Shown here piece after piece: positions 22,791 through 34,825 of a DNA stretch of 64,000 nucleotides. Within the stretch, counting starts at the first letter, position 1, and every line of letters begins with the position of its first letter. The stretch spans positions 263,562,001 to 263,626,000 of the forward strand of contig OZ024742.1 in NCBI GenBank assembly GCA_964016885.1, in the 5' to 3' direction. Made by a program: the position numbers and the translations under genes. The stretch is from Eledone cirrhosa. Taxonomy: Eukaryota. The notes beneath the pieces were generated by a model. The model ran no database searches, was not told the origin of the DNA, and was given only the letters and a program-made list of their open reading frames with translations.

Positions 22791-24603
22791 TTTAAGAAAC
22801 AAAATAATAAAATCTCGAACAAATTGGTAAAAATAATATCAATGAGGATATAACTTGATAAAGGCGTGCAAAAATATAGCTTGTAGAGATATCGCTGCTT
22901 AGGTATATGCCAGTAACAGAAAAATTGATAGATGTATAACATGCAAAAGCAAATATTATAAAAGAAACGATATCAATCAGAAGATAAAGCATATCTAAAG
23001 ATAGAGACATATTTATAAATATATTCAAGTGCACTTATAATGATATCATGCAAATATGAGATACAAGTTTAAAGATATAGAAATACAGATATATGCAAAC
23101 ATATGTAGGAAGATGTCAAGCCAATACTAGCCGACAAATGTGCATTTGTGTACTAAAACATAACAAATGTTACAACTATTAACACAACATAGAATGGAAT
23201 AAAATAGATGGTAGTCAATATATACACAAAATAAATATAAAAATACAATGTCGTCGTATATCCACGGGGAAGATGTTCATCTGGTCGCATTGGATGATAT
23301 TAATATAAAATAGTATTTAGATGCTGAAAATATTGACGTAGCTTCTTTAGCAGAGAGGAATTTAATTTATCGCTGTAAACAAGTGTCTCTCAAAGTACGT
23401 ACCTAAGAATCTCCTGACCCCCCCCCCCCCCAAAAAAAAAGAAGGAAATCTGGGGAATTTGGGGGTGTTGAGGAAGAGATGGTATATTTTAATAGGATTT
23501 AATACAATTTCATATTTTTCTTTTATGGATACATTTTCTTTCTAAATCAACGTTTTGTTTCATTTAGTGTTTTATTAAAATTAGCGATGGATGCGATTGT
23601 CCGTAAAGTCTAGCTGTTGGTTCTGTGACTTACTTCTAGAAAATATGCCAATGATGAAACTGTGATTTTTTTTGCGATAAAAAAGGTTTTGGAAACATTG
23701 GTGTCAGCAAATGAACCACGTAACAATTCGAATGTGCAGCCACTGTTTACAACAGCAAGTTGTGTATTCACAGTAGTACTTATTCACATTTGGAAATTTA
23801 AATGTTTTAAAACATTTGAGATTAAAGTGTTTTATCACAGATACAATACTAAGCTAGGGACTGAACTGCCGATTCAAGGCCGGTTGCCCATTACTCTGAC
23901 AGCTAAATTATCCGTCTGTATACACATACAAATATATATCTGAATATATATTCATTAAAAATGTTTATTACATCTTATGAGACAGAAAAAGATATCCCTT
24001 TCGTGCATGAAAGATTTAATATGCAATAGACATTGTAAATAGAAACAGAAAATGGATCCAATGCAATAGATGGAGAAATTGAAAGAGACTGAGGTGGTGC
24101 CTATTTTTGGCAGCCAGGTTAACTGATTGGCGAACAGTTGTTTGACAATGAACCAGATTTATGCGATATATATTCTTGTAGGTTAGACGAACTGACTGGT
24201 ATTTACGGTCTGAAACTGAACGAGAGGTATCTTAATTACTTTATTCCTGACTGTTAGATTAACTGATTTATAGATTGTATCTTGAGGGTGAATAAGACTG
24301 ACCTGGTATCTGTTCGTGACAGCTAGGTGAGTTGATTTATGTACTTTATGTTGAAGCTAAACAAGACTGATTTGATACCTATTCCTGACAGTTCAGAAAA
24401 TTGATTGGTAAACTGTAGTTTCAGGCCAAATAAAGTTGATAGCAGAGCTTCAAATTCAGTGGTGAGCTTAATACTGTAAGGGGGAAAATAACTGGGGACA
24501 ATAATCTACAAATGATTTCTTGTTCTTCGTTTCTCCCCCCACGCTCTCTCTTCATATATATATATATATATATATAAAATAGAGGTGTAACACACGAGTT
24601 GTG

Positions 24604-24983
24604 ATATATTAGTAAAAGGAAAAGAAAATGCTGACAAATTTTTCCCAGTGAAAAATAGTTTAATTAGGAATAAGTATAAATTAGTAATAAGTATTGGTTA
24701 GTATTCAGTTTTAATTTTAAGTTTTTACCGGTTGCGCATTTCTAATGCTTTTCAAAAATAATTTTGAGATAGAGCGCTCGTGATGTTTGCTCTAATCAGA
24801 TTAGAGCAAACATCACGAGCGCTCTATCTCAAAATTATTTTTGAAAAGCATTAGAAATGCGCAACCGGTAAAAACTTAAAATTAAAACTGAATACTAACC
24901 AATACTTATTACTAATTTATACTTATTCCTAATTAAACTATTTTTCACTGGGAAAAATTTGTCAGCATTTTCTTTTCCTTTTA

Positions 24984-24992
<9 letters not shown>
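24604..24992. repeat. Perfect-looking 194-bp-arm palindrome made of a PLE 3' end (family of 59090-60437)
   Basis: Centre tctaatc-A-gattaga at 24798. The arms match 60244-60437. Confidence 0.92.
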
Positions 24993-25019
<27 letters not shown>

Positions 25020-25022
<3 letters not shown>

Positions 25023-25227
25023 ATAATAATAAATTTGAAGACTAAAATCCAAAGAGGGCTCGATAAGGATAAATATATATCAAACCCTAGAGCAAATATT
25101 TATTAAAATAACAGATTAAAGTTTAAGCAAAGAATCGCTGCTTTCACCCTTAACGGTATCTTCAGAAGTTCCCGTTAAGGGTGAAAGCAGCGATTCTTTA
25201 CTTAAACTTTAATCTGTTATTTTAATA
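25020..25227. repeat. Family C fold-back (63-bp arms centred at 25164) in (TA)n
   Basis: 25101-25163 is the reverse complement of 25165-25227. The left arm extends further, to 25020. Confidence 0.85.
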
Positions 25228-25480
25228 TATATATATATATTAATATATAAGGGTGTGGTAGTTTGCTTGAAGCATTTTGTGTAGTGTGGAAAGTAGTGTG
25301 ATATTCGAAGGCTAAGGCAATGCGAAACGGACGGTAAATTTTGAAAGATTGAAGCAAAGGTCTTTGTGTGTTATCTGTTATTTTATTATTCTGTCCTAAT
25401 ATTTCGGAAATAAAGTCCCTTCATCAGAAGATTAATTAAGTACGGAATTGTGTGTTTTAGATGCGAATCTACATGTTAAA

Positions 25481-25553
25481 ACATATCTGAGGAGCTTCGA
25501 TAATTAATAGGTCGTTCCTCGAGCTGAACGACATTGAAACATATGTAATATGT
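25481..25553 (+). ncRNA. Hammerhead-like motif
   Basis: ACATAT-CTGAGGA-...GTCGTTC(ctcgagct)GAACGAC.att-GAAAC-ATAT-GTA-ATATGT. The base of stem II is imperfect. Confidence 0.55.
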
Positions 25554-25672
25554 AATTAAATATGTATATGATGCAACACTGATTCTTTGTTGCCTTATAT
25601 ATTAACATTATTGATACTCTCCTCCCCAAGAGCATCGAGTGCTCATTCGCCTATGGACACTATTAATTTGCA

Positions 25673-25719
<47 letters not shown>

Positions 25720-25857
25720 GGAGAGCGAGGGGAGAGAGAAAGCGAGAGATGGTTTGTGTGTGTGTGATTGCTTCTGCTATGTATTCCAAGGTCAGACTGG
25801 ACTCAGCAGACCTATAGCCCAAAGTGTTGAAATCGTAATCATCACTTTTATAAGTAA

Positions 25858-26532
25858 CTAGCAGTAAAGCCCGGCGTTGCTCGGGGTCGCTCAGTAGCTG
25901 TGTTAAAGTTACAATGTTAAGTTTCTTTTTTGGCTTAAAGTCTGTCTGCACGACTGTCTGTCTGCACGACTGTCTGTCTGCACGCCTAACGAAATTTACA
26001 GATACATATATTTTAAATAAACTTATATAATTTTTGCTTTTTTTAACGAAAAATTTGCTTGTTTTACGTAGTCTTTAAATAGACTTGTTTTCAAGTAAAA
26101 ATATTGTTTTAAAAGGCTTTTAAATGGAAATGAAGCAAAACGGAAGCTTAGTGTTCGAACTGATGAATTTTGCAGGTCAAAATTTTGCTGGCTCGACAAC
26201 TGTTCGTGTATTGTGTTAATGTCATTTTAAACGCTGAGAAAGCCAGCGTAATTTTTTTAATTTTTGCACGCAGAAAATGTAAACAGAACGTAGACGCTCA
26301 ATGTAAACAGAACAAAGGGAAATAACTCGTCACTTACGCTCAAAAATCGATACATTAGATTCGATTTCGTCACGTAGGGTGGGTCAATTTGAAATATTTT
26401 TTTTCCGATGTCTTCGCTAGGGCTCAATGTACAAGTATAGCAATTTCGGTGCAATTCCGTCAGAGATTCTAAGAGGAGATGTGTGCCAAAAATCGATAGA
26501 CAGACAGACAACCACAGCTTTATATATATAGA
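25858..26532 (-). mobile_element. Non-autonomous Helitron
   Basis: 5' TCTATATATATAAAGCTG..(TCTG)n. 3' hairpin CCCGAGCAACGCCGGG followed by CTAG. Inserted between A and T. Confidence 0.85.
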
Positions 26533-26951
26533 TGTACATCTGTTTTATAAGTATAGTGTAACCAGGTCTAAATTATCCTTAATATAAACATGTCTCCTTC
26601 CAATAATAAAACAGTGAGGTTAAGTTGAAGAAGAGTGGGTTGCTGAATTTGGCAGGCCGTATAACCCTATAGACGCTCAGTATTCTTTTGGATTCAAAGC
26701 GAGAGAAATAGCTGGTAGTTGTGGAGTTTACTGTTGAGTTCTGGTGACACCAGTGCAATGAAGTAGTTTTAGTCTGGAATAGATTCCGTATCCCATACTT
26801 GTTGGAAGACTTCTCTACTGTCTAGCACTGGCAAAAGATTGATGGAGATGGAAAGAAGAAAAGGCTACGGAATGAAAGGAGTGAAATAGAGGGATAGGGT
26901 GAATGAGAGACTTCTAGAGAGAAGCATGTGAAACATAGAGAGAGAGAGGAA

Positions 26952-26993
<42 letters not shown>

Positions 26994-27079
26994 GACAGAG
27001 AAGGATGAACATTTGAAGGAAAATGGGAACAAGTCAATTGAGATGACAAAGAAAAAAGGAGTAAGAGTGATGTAGGGAG

Positions 27080-27115
<36 letters not shown>

Positions 27116-27300
27116 AAAAAAGAAGAGATGGAGTGAGAGAGAGAGAGAGAGGGCGAGAAACAGAAAGAAACTGTGTGTGGTATTAAGAGAGGTTACATGT
27201 GCAAAGAATTAACAGAGAACTTTCCAGAAATGACATCGACAGCGTGCTCCAGATTGACAATGCAAATATCATGAATGCAAAGGAACAATGGTTTAGTTAC

Positions 27301-27366
27301 CCAGGTTATCAGCGGTAGGAGCACACTACTCGCTGAAGTATAATGGTGAACTGCTTTTAGCGCCAT
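27301..27366 (-). CDS. Candidate host-gene exon (MALKAVHHYTSASSVLLPLITW)
   Basis: Strong acceptor ttttctttttcattttgctctcacAG. Donor TGG|GTAACT gives phase 0-0. An alternative donor near 27199 is possible. Confidence 0.45.
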
Positions 27367-28577
27367 CTGTGAGAGCAAAATGAAAAAGAAAAGCAAAAAC
27401 AAAAATGGAAATATAACAAGTAAATTACGGATTACTTACTGAAGTCGTTTTGCAAAAATAAAAAGGAAAGAAAAAAGTTGCGTTTTGGAAACAAGAGTAA
27501 ACCAACTTACAGATACACTGTTACGAAAGATCACAGTTTATTGTACTACTGTGTACACATTTGTACTTATATAAGGACTAACTTAAAAGATCTTAACTAT
27601 GTGTTAAATAGCCTTACCAACACGCAACTGGCCAAGCGTGGTGAATACGGGTACACCGCTAACATGACATATACCAAACAGAAAGCGGTGGAGGTCAACT
27701 AGGGAGAGGTTCCTCCATTGAATTGGAATTTAAAATCTAAAGCTATTTATGTTTTATCGTATACACACTTTGGAAGCAACGAATTAAAACAAAATAAAAT
27801 GCTTTGCGGTATTCTTTCCGGCTCGCTGAGTTCTGAGTTCAAAACCAGCCAAGGTCAACTTTGCCTTTCACTCTTTCGAGGTTGATGAAAAAGTATCAGT
27901 CTGGGGTCTATTCTTCTATATCTCTTTCTCACTTCCTCTCTTTCTCTCTGTCCTACTTTGGTAAAAATCAACTGAGCCTATCCCTCTCCAGGTCTGAGCT
28001 CCGCCACGCTTAAAATGTTCTTGTCACTGCGGCCTTTATACGACTCCATTAGGAGTTACGGAGCCATACATACACACCTTGGGTTAGAAACTACAATGTA
28101 ACGCGAGTTCAATAAAGGTTAAAGCAGTAATAAGTAAAGTGAAAATATATTCCAGTCCTTATAAAATTTGTGTTTAAATTTTTAGATTATATATGTATAC
28201 AAAATTGAAATTTAATAATTAATTTACTTTAAGATAACATTCACAGTTATCATTGACACCAGAAGTGCCTAACATATATCCAGGATAATGTGACTACGTG
28301 AATCTAATTAAAACATAGAATGTACAGAAATGTATATCACCTAGTAAAGTTTGGCAATATAATATCTTGTCTTTGTCTCAATTCCTGTATATTTATACTC
28401 CATGGATGACCTAATGTGAAGTGATTCATACTACTATGAATTAGTACTATCTTCGTTAAGTGCTAAATGTGGTTTACACTCTGATTAGTTATTTCCTATG
28501 GCACAAATAACTCTCACCTGGATTAATTCACTTTTTGAACAAGGAATCTCCCCACTCTCTCTCTCTCCCCTCTCTCA

Positions 28578-28620
<43 letters not shown>

Positions 28621-28998
28621 TACATATATATAAAACCAATGCATTTTAAAAGGAAGAAAATATTGTACAGAACAATAGAAGCATCTCAAGGTCCTTTGAG
28701 ATAGGAGCAAAATATAATATATTCTCTCATTTCACAGGTCTAACAACCCATTGGGCAGTTAAGAGCACTGCCGAAGAGTGCACATTCAAGTCTGTGAAGA
28801 GGGCCTCTATGTGGTCACTCAAAATGCTAGAAATAGCAGTTATATCTCCCTGAAACCATACTATCTGAAGTGATATAGTCGATTAAAACGCTCCTCTAGA
28901 AATACAAAAAATTACCAGACTGATACTTACTTCATCGGTTCTGAAAGATTGGTAATCAAAATCAACTTCGATTGAACTAGAGCTAAGAACGGAACCTA

Positions 28999-30257
28999 CA
29001 GGGGTTGGACTAAATAATGGAAACACCTAGCATCATAGCATCGTAATTTTGAATTATCTATAAAACCGTCAAAAGCTTGTTTATTTTCATGTTTTTTTAA
29101 TTTATTATTAGTGTTGCTTAATATGTTTTGTTAAAATTGCTGTTTCTTCTCAGATATCATCAGAAAAAGGTAATTAAAATTCATTAAAATGACAGATCTA
29201 TCGGACTTTCAAAGAGGTAAAATTGTTGGTGCTCGTATGGCAGGCGCTAGCGTAACAAAAACAACCGAAATGTTTAGTGTATCAAGAGGTGCTGTCTCGA
29301 AAGTAATGACAGCCTTTGAGAAAGAAGGAAAAACCTCCTCGTTGAAACAAAACTCCGGAAGAAAACCAAAACTTTCAGATAGGGACCATCGGACTCTTAC
29401 GCGAATTGTTAGAAAGGATCACAAAAGTACAGCTCCCAAAATTACTGCAGAGCTTAATGACCACCTCGAGAACCCAGTTTGCTGGGAGCTGCACAAAGCC
29501 GGATTTCACGGGAGGGCTGCAATCAGAAAACCACTACTTTCAAAAACAAACGTTGCAAAGCGTTTAGAGTGGAGTAAAAACCTATAGAATTGGTCCCTAG
29601 AGCAGTGGAAGAATGTTATTTTCTCGGACGAGTCATCCTTTACCTAATTTCCGACCACCGGCCGAGTATACGTGCGGAGACAGTCAAAATAAGCATTTGA
29701 CCCAGACTGCCTTCTTCTAACTGTTAAACATGGAGGAGGATCTGTGATGATCTGGGGGACTATATCTTGGAAATCTGCCGGCCCAGTAGTTTCCCTTCAT
29801 AGCAGAATTAATAGTCAAGACTATTTAAGCATTTTATCTGATCAAATTCATCCTATGGTTGCGGAACTGTTTCCGGAGGGAAACGCAATCTTTCAGGATG
29901 ATAATGCACCAATCCACACAGCTAAAGTTGTTATTGAATGGCACGAGGAACATTCTAGTGAAGTTGAACATCTTATCTGGCCACCACAGTCCCCAGATCT
30001 CAATATTATTGAACATTTATGGTGCATTTTAGAAAAACAAGTAAGGAGTCGATATCCTCCACCATCATCACTAAAAGAACTGGAGACTGTTTTAGCTGAA
30101 GAATGGACAAAAGTTCCTTTGAAAACAATTCAAACTTTGTACGAGTCCATATCTCGTAGAATTCAAGCTGTAATTACTGCCAAAGGCGGTCTTACCCCAT
30201 ATTAAAATAAATTTGTTTGAAATTTTAAGGTGTTTCCATTATTTTGTCCAACCCCTG
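28999..30257 (+). mobile_element. Tc1/mariner DNA transposon, DD36E (Incomer-type), 1259 bp
   Basis: 30-bp TIRs CAGGGGTTGGAC(T/A)AAATAATGGAAACACCT at 28999-29028 and 30228-30257. TA TSD. Inserted into an old SINE. Confidence 0.92.
29189..30205 (+). pseudogene. Tc1 transposase with in-frame stops
   Basis: HTH region and SGRKPKL, WKNVIFSDES, FQDDNAPIH, WPPQSPDLNIIEHLW. Stop at 29585-29587 and more downstream. Confidence 0.9.
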
Positions 30258-30324
30258 TAACTAAATTCCATATAACATTTTTTCCGACGTTCTACTGATT
30301 CCGCTCCCATTATGCCAGCCTACT

Positions 30325-30742
30325 GATTTCTGACATTGGCACAAGGCTACAAAGTCAATTATATCGACCCCAGTACTTGACTGCCATTTTATTTGATCGA
30401 TTCTGGAAGGATGAAAAGCAAAGTTGACCTCGGTGAGAACCGAAACGCATACTGCTACGCATTTGTCTGATGCTCTAACGACTCTGCCAAACTACCACCA
30501 TTTAATATTGAACTAAATAATGGTTTTTTATTTAGGCCCAAGATCAGCAATTTTGGGGTAGGGGAAGTCGATTAAATCGATCCAAGTGTATTACTGGTGC
30601 TTTATTTATCGACCCGTAAGGATGAAAGGCAAAGCTAATCCCGGTGAGATTTGAACTCTGAACGTAAATAATTGTTCTTCTTTTGGCACAAGGCCAGCAA
30701 TTACCCAGTACATTACTGGTACATTATTTTATCGATCCCGTA
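30325..30742 (-). mobile_element. Cluster of three tRNA-SINE copies or fragments
   Basis: Repeated ggcacaaggc and atcgacccc..ggatgaaaggcaaag motifs. Confidence 0.75.
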
Positions 30743-31704
30743 AAACAGTTAGTGTCATTTCTGGCATTTTCATTCTTTGTGCTTTTTCTATACTGACTAT
30801 GGATATTATCAACAGATAATATCCATAGTCAGTATAGAAAACTATTCAGAAAGTTATAGATACGTTTTCTCTCGATTAATCAACATATAGCTTTCATCTA
30901 GTCCTAATATCACTGGACCTTAATGTCAACACACTGTGGTGTGCAGTATCCAGTTACTTCTTAGATACTATAAACACAAACAGAAGACAATGTCCAGATT
31001 GAAATACAAAGACAGTAAACACAATCAATTTTTAATTCTATGGAGTGAAATAGAGCTTTGTTTGGCACACGTGAGGTACACGACTCGGTAAAAAGAAAGA
31101 AAAGAAAAACAACAAACAACAGAAAGAAAGAAATACACACGCACACAGCAGGTGATTACAGCAAAACCACACGGCAAATAGTAAATACACGCACATTAAA
31201 TACACTAAACTTGGGAAATAGTTAAGACCTTCCAGAATGCGTTAGTGCAGTATTACTGGAAAAGTAAGTAAAACATAAGAGTGGGAATTTGTACTATCTT
31301 TTAAACTAGTATATCGTGGTTCGATATCTCTGCAATGATTTAGTGGAGTAAGTGACTAAGAGATGTATTGTTTTACGGATCAAAATGGAGTGTACACAAA
31401 AGATACGGACCGGTTACCACCAAATTGCCTCCCCACAGTTATAGTCGTAACCCGAAACAGCCAAGCGACTAGCTGTGGTGCTGGGCTTCGGGATTTTCAG
31501 GATAAGGATCGTATTGGAATTTCAAACACTCTATGATTTTTACATCAGAGTTGAATCTATGTGATATAATGTAGAAGTCACTTTTGCGGAGTACTCGCCA
31601 GGAACAATCAGAGTGTAAACCGGTCGTTATCTTATTAGCCATTGTGTGAGTATGGGTTACTCCGATGTGATCCCTGGACATGTTGAAATATATATATATA
31701 TATA

Positions 31705-31940
31705 AAGTCTAAAGTCTGTCTTAAGCCAGAAGGCTCATTTGGCCGGTGCTTATCCCGGTTTCAAGGCGTGAAGCGACTGAGAGTACAAGACTCCCCCCGG
31801 GACAGGACACCAGACCATCGCAAGGTTAAAATACCCAGCTATTACTGGTACTCATTTTGAGCTGAGTATACTGGAGCAACGTGAAATGAAGTTTTTGCTC
31901 AAGAACACAACATGCAACCCAGGAATTGAACCCACGATAT
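31705..31940 (-). mobile_element. Second SINE family (CORE-like centre); related head at 45966-46070(+)
   Basis: Minus strand GGTTCAATTCCTGG B-box, then GTTGTGTTCTTGAGCAAAAACTTCATTTCACGTTGCTCCAG. Confidence 0.7.
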
Positions 31941-31944
31941 TATG

Positions 31945-31998
<54 letters not shown>

Positions 31999-32004
<6 letters not shown>

Positions 32005-32272
32005 ATGCTTTGGGAGGGTCATGTTGCCAATAAGAAACACACGCACCAGTTGCTTTCACTTCAATTTATTATAAATTAAATTTATAAATTTAGGAATTTA
32101 TAAATTTCCGGTTGGTTGGTTCCACAACCAGACGATTGTTCATATATTGTCAAAGTTCTTTCGTCACACATTCTGTGACCTCTTCAGTGAATGGGGATTC
32201 TTTTCTTTGTTTTTGTGCATCCCAAAGCACACGTTTTCAGATAAAGAATCTTGCTAAACAACTTCAGAAACG

Positions 32273-32276
<4 letters not shown>
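31999..32276. mobile_element. PLE family A pLTR fragment plus inverted tail, in (TA)n
   Basis: Matches 2926-3140. 32221-32276 is the reverse complement of 19272-19320. Confidence 0.85.
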
Positions 32277-32330
<54 letters not shown>

Positions 32331-32332
<2 letters not shown>

Positions 32333-33408
32333 CAGCTGACTGATTTTAAACCCGCCAGTCATGATACCACTTCCAACCCGACTGCGCATGTCAATCCTGT
32401 TCATGTAAATAGTGAACAGGAGAGGTGACAGTATGCACCCTTGGCGGAGTCTGACTCCTACATTGAATGGTTTCTATTTAGCAGCGTTCCATTTATCTGA
32501 ACACAACAGGCATTCGTATAGAAACAGCATGACAGCAAGAAGCTGTTCATCAATCTCATACTCCTGCATAACCTTCCGCAGAAGGTGCCGAGGAACGCGG
32601 TCATATGCCTTCTCAAGGTCGACAAAAAACAAGAATATACTTCTTGAAAATGCTCCCACGATTTCTTAAATACCTGCCACAGGTTTCATGCCGAGTATTG
32701 CATCGCTGGAAAGAAAATCAGTGCTGCGAAACCTGAGACACTCGTCCTCTCAAGGAAGTCTGCGTAGTGCACGCCACACATGAATGGAGTTCCACTGAAG
32801 CAGGTAGTGAAGTTCAAGTATGTTGGGGCCGTGTTTACGAGTGATGGAAGGCAGAAGGATGAATTAAGTGCAAGAATTGCAAAAACTGGTGCAGTAATGC
32901 GGCAGCTTCAGTATTCAGTAATCAGAAGAAGTGAGGTAGGTATAAAAGCCAAACTCGCTATCTTCAATTCGGTTTACGTGCCCACCTTTACCTATGGTCA
33001 TGAATCTTGGGTAATGACCAAAAGAATACGATTGCGAATACAAGCGGCCGAAATGGGATTCCTTTGAAGGGTCTTTGGAGTAACGTTACTTGATAAAGTG
33101 CGTAGCTCGGAGATCAGAGTCACTCCAGATAGAGCCGCTACTTCTCCGAATTGGGAGATCACAGCATCGATACTATCGGCATATGTTTAGAATGGCTGGA
33201 CAGATTTTACGGGCAAAACCAACCGACAAGAGATACAGGGGTAGACCCTGAGCAAGAAGGTTCGATAACCTCCATGAGCTTGGCTGGCCACTCTTGGAGA
33301 TCCAGTCGGATCAGTTGGAGACGTTTGCTTCTGACAGGACCTACTGGAGGGAGTGTTTGAGGACTCTTCCCCCACGACCCTCTCAGGAATAAGTCGGCGA
33401 AGAAGGAT
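32331..33408. mobile_element. RTE LINE 3' part with 5' inversion
   Basis: 32331 to about 32680 encodes RT on the minus strand (DLEKAYDRVPR, VRLRQGCILSP). About 32680-33408 encodes downstream RT on the plus strand (FKYVG, YGHESW, AAEMGFL). Confidence 0.8.
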
Positions 33409-33427
33409 ATATATATATATATATATA

Positions 33428-34160
33428 TATAAGTATGTATACGTACATACATATATGTATACAGACGTACAGTAGTATGTATATATATATATACATACAT
33501 GCACACATATATATATATGTACGTATGGATTCACCAAACATTTATAATGCTCGGTGTGTTTGTAAACAAACATCCCGTATTAAGCTGTAGTGTCTAGCAA
33601 CCACCGTTGCTCGTTTGTTCAACACTGACAAAGGAACGCTGTACTAGTTTTAAGCTTATTAGCTATCGTCAGCAACGTATACCTTCCTGCCAGATGATAG
33701 AATGTCCGAAAGTATATACTTTCCTTATGCATATTAACGGCTGAGTAGCCCAATTTGCAAATTGGGCAAATTGCAAATTGGGCTACTCAGCCGTTAATAT
33801 GCATAAGGAAAGTATATACTTTCGGACATTCAATCATCTGGCAGGAAGGTATACGTTGCTGACGATAGCTAATAAGCTTAAAACTAGTACAGCGTTCCTT
33901 TGTCAGTGTTGAACAAACGAGCAACGGTGGTTGCTAGACACTACAGCTTAATACGGGATGTTTGTTTACAAACACACCGAACATTATAATAAATGTTCGG
34001 TGAATCTATACGTACATATATATATGTGTGCATGTATGTATATATATATACATACTACTGTACTTCTCTATACATATATGTATGTACGTATACATACTTA
34101 TATTTAAGTAACAGCCGTACTAAGAGTGGGAAATGAAATTTCGTTTCATTTTTTCCGTTT
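33428..34160. mobile_element. Family E (retrozyme-like) fold-back insertion
   Basis: Arms of about 330 bp around a centre at about 33749-33783. HHR motifs at 33637-33677(-) and 33854-33894(+), both carrying a G12A change. Confidence 0.88.
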
Positions 34161-34173
34161 ATATATATATATA

Positions 34174-34525
34174 AGGTTATGCAAGAAATGCTTATCCTGA
34201 ATGCAGTAATGGTTAATTACTACACTAGATAGAGTTGACGTACGGTGAGGGGTTACTCAACGAGTTATGGAAGAATAGTTGAAGAAACTCAGTTTCTGAT
34301 CCTTCTGTATTCCGGAGTGTAGATAAAGAATGAATAATAACAGGTAGACATCATAGAAAGGTAATTTATTCCAAGTGCTTACAAATGTTTCAACAGTAGT
34401 TATACAGCCTAGTCATGCTATGTACAAATTGGTAATTATTTGTAGGCTGTTTAACTACTGTTGAAACATTTGTAAGCACTCGGAATAAATTACCTTTTTA
34501 TGATGTCTACCTGTTATTATTCATT

Positions 34526-34529
<4 letters not shown>
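34174..34529. mobile_element. Fold-back of a PLE pLTR (family of 46861-47968)
   Basis: 34325-34411 is inverted at 34443-34529. Sequence matches 47880-47968. (TA)n flanks. Confidence 0.85.
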
Positions 34530-34603
<74 letters not shown>

Positions 34604-34693
34604 AATGAGAGAGGAAAAGAGAAGGGTGTGTATGAATAAGAGAGAGAGAGGGAATGAGAGAGAGAAGGAGATAGAGAGAGGGAGGGAGAGAGA

Positions 34694-34747
<54 letters not shown>

Positions 34748-34808
34748 GAGAGAGCCACACTATCAGATATATAGTTAGAAGATAAGAATATAGATAGAGG
34801 TAACTTAC

Positions 34809-34825
34809 GTGCTGTGACGAAGTAT
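34809..34825 (-). CDS. Candidate 17-nt micro-exon of the host gene
   Basis: cttccatgtcatttcAG|ATACTTCGTCACAGCAC|GTAAGT. Phase 1 in and 0 out. Confidence 0.35.
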
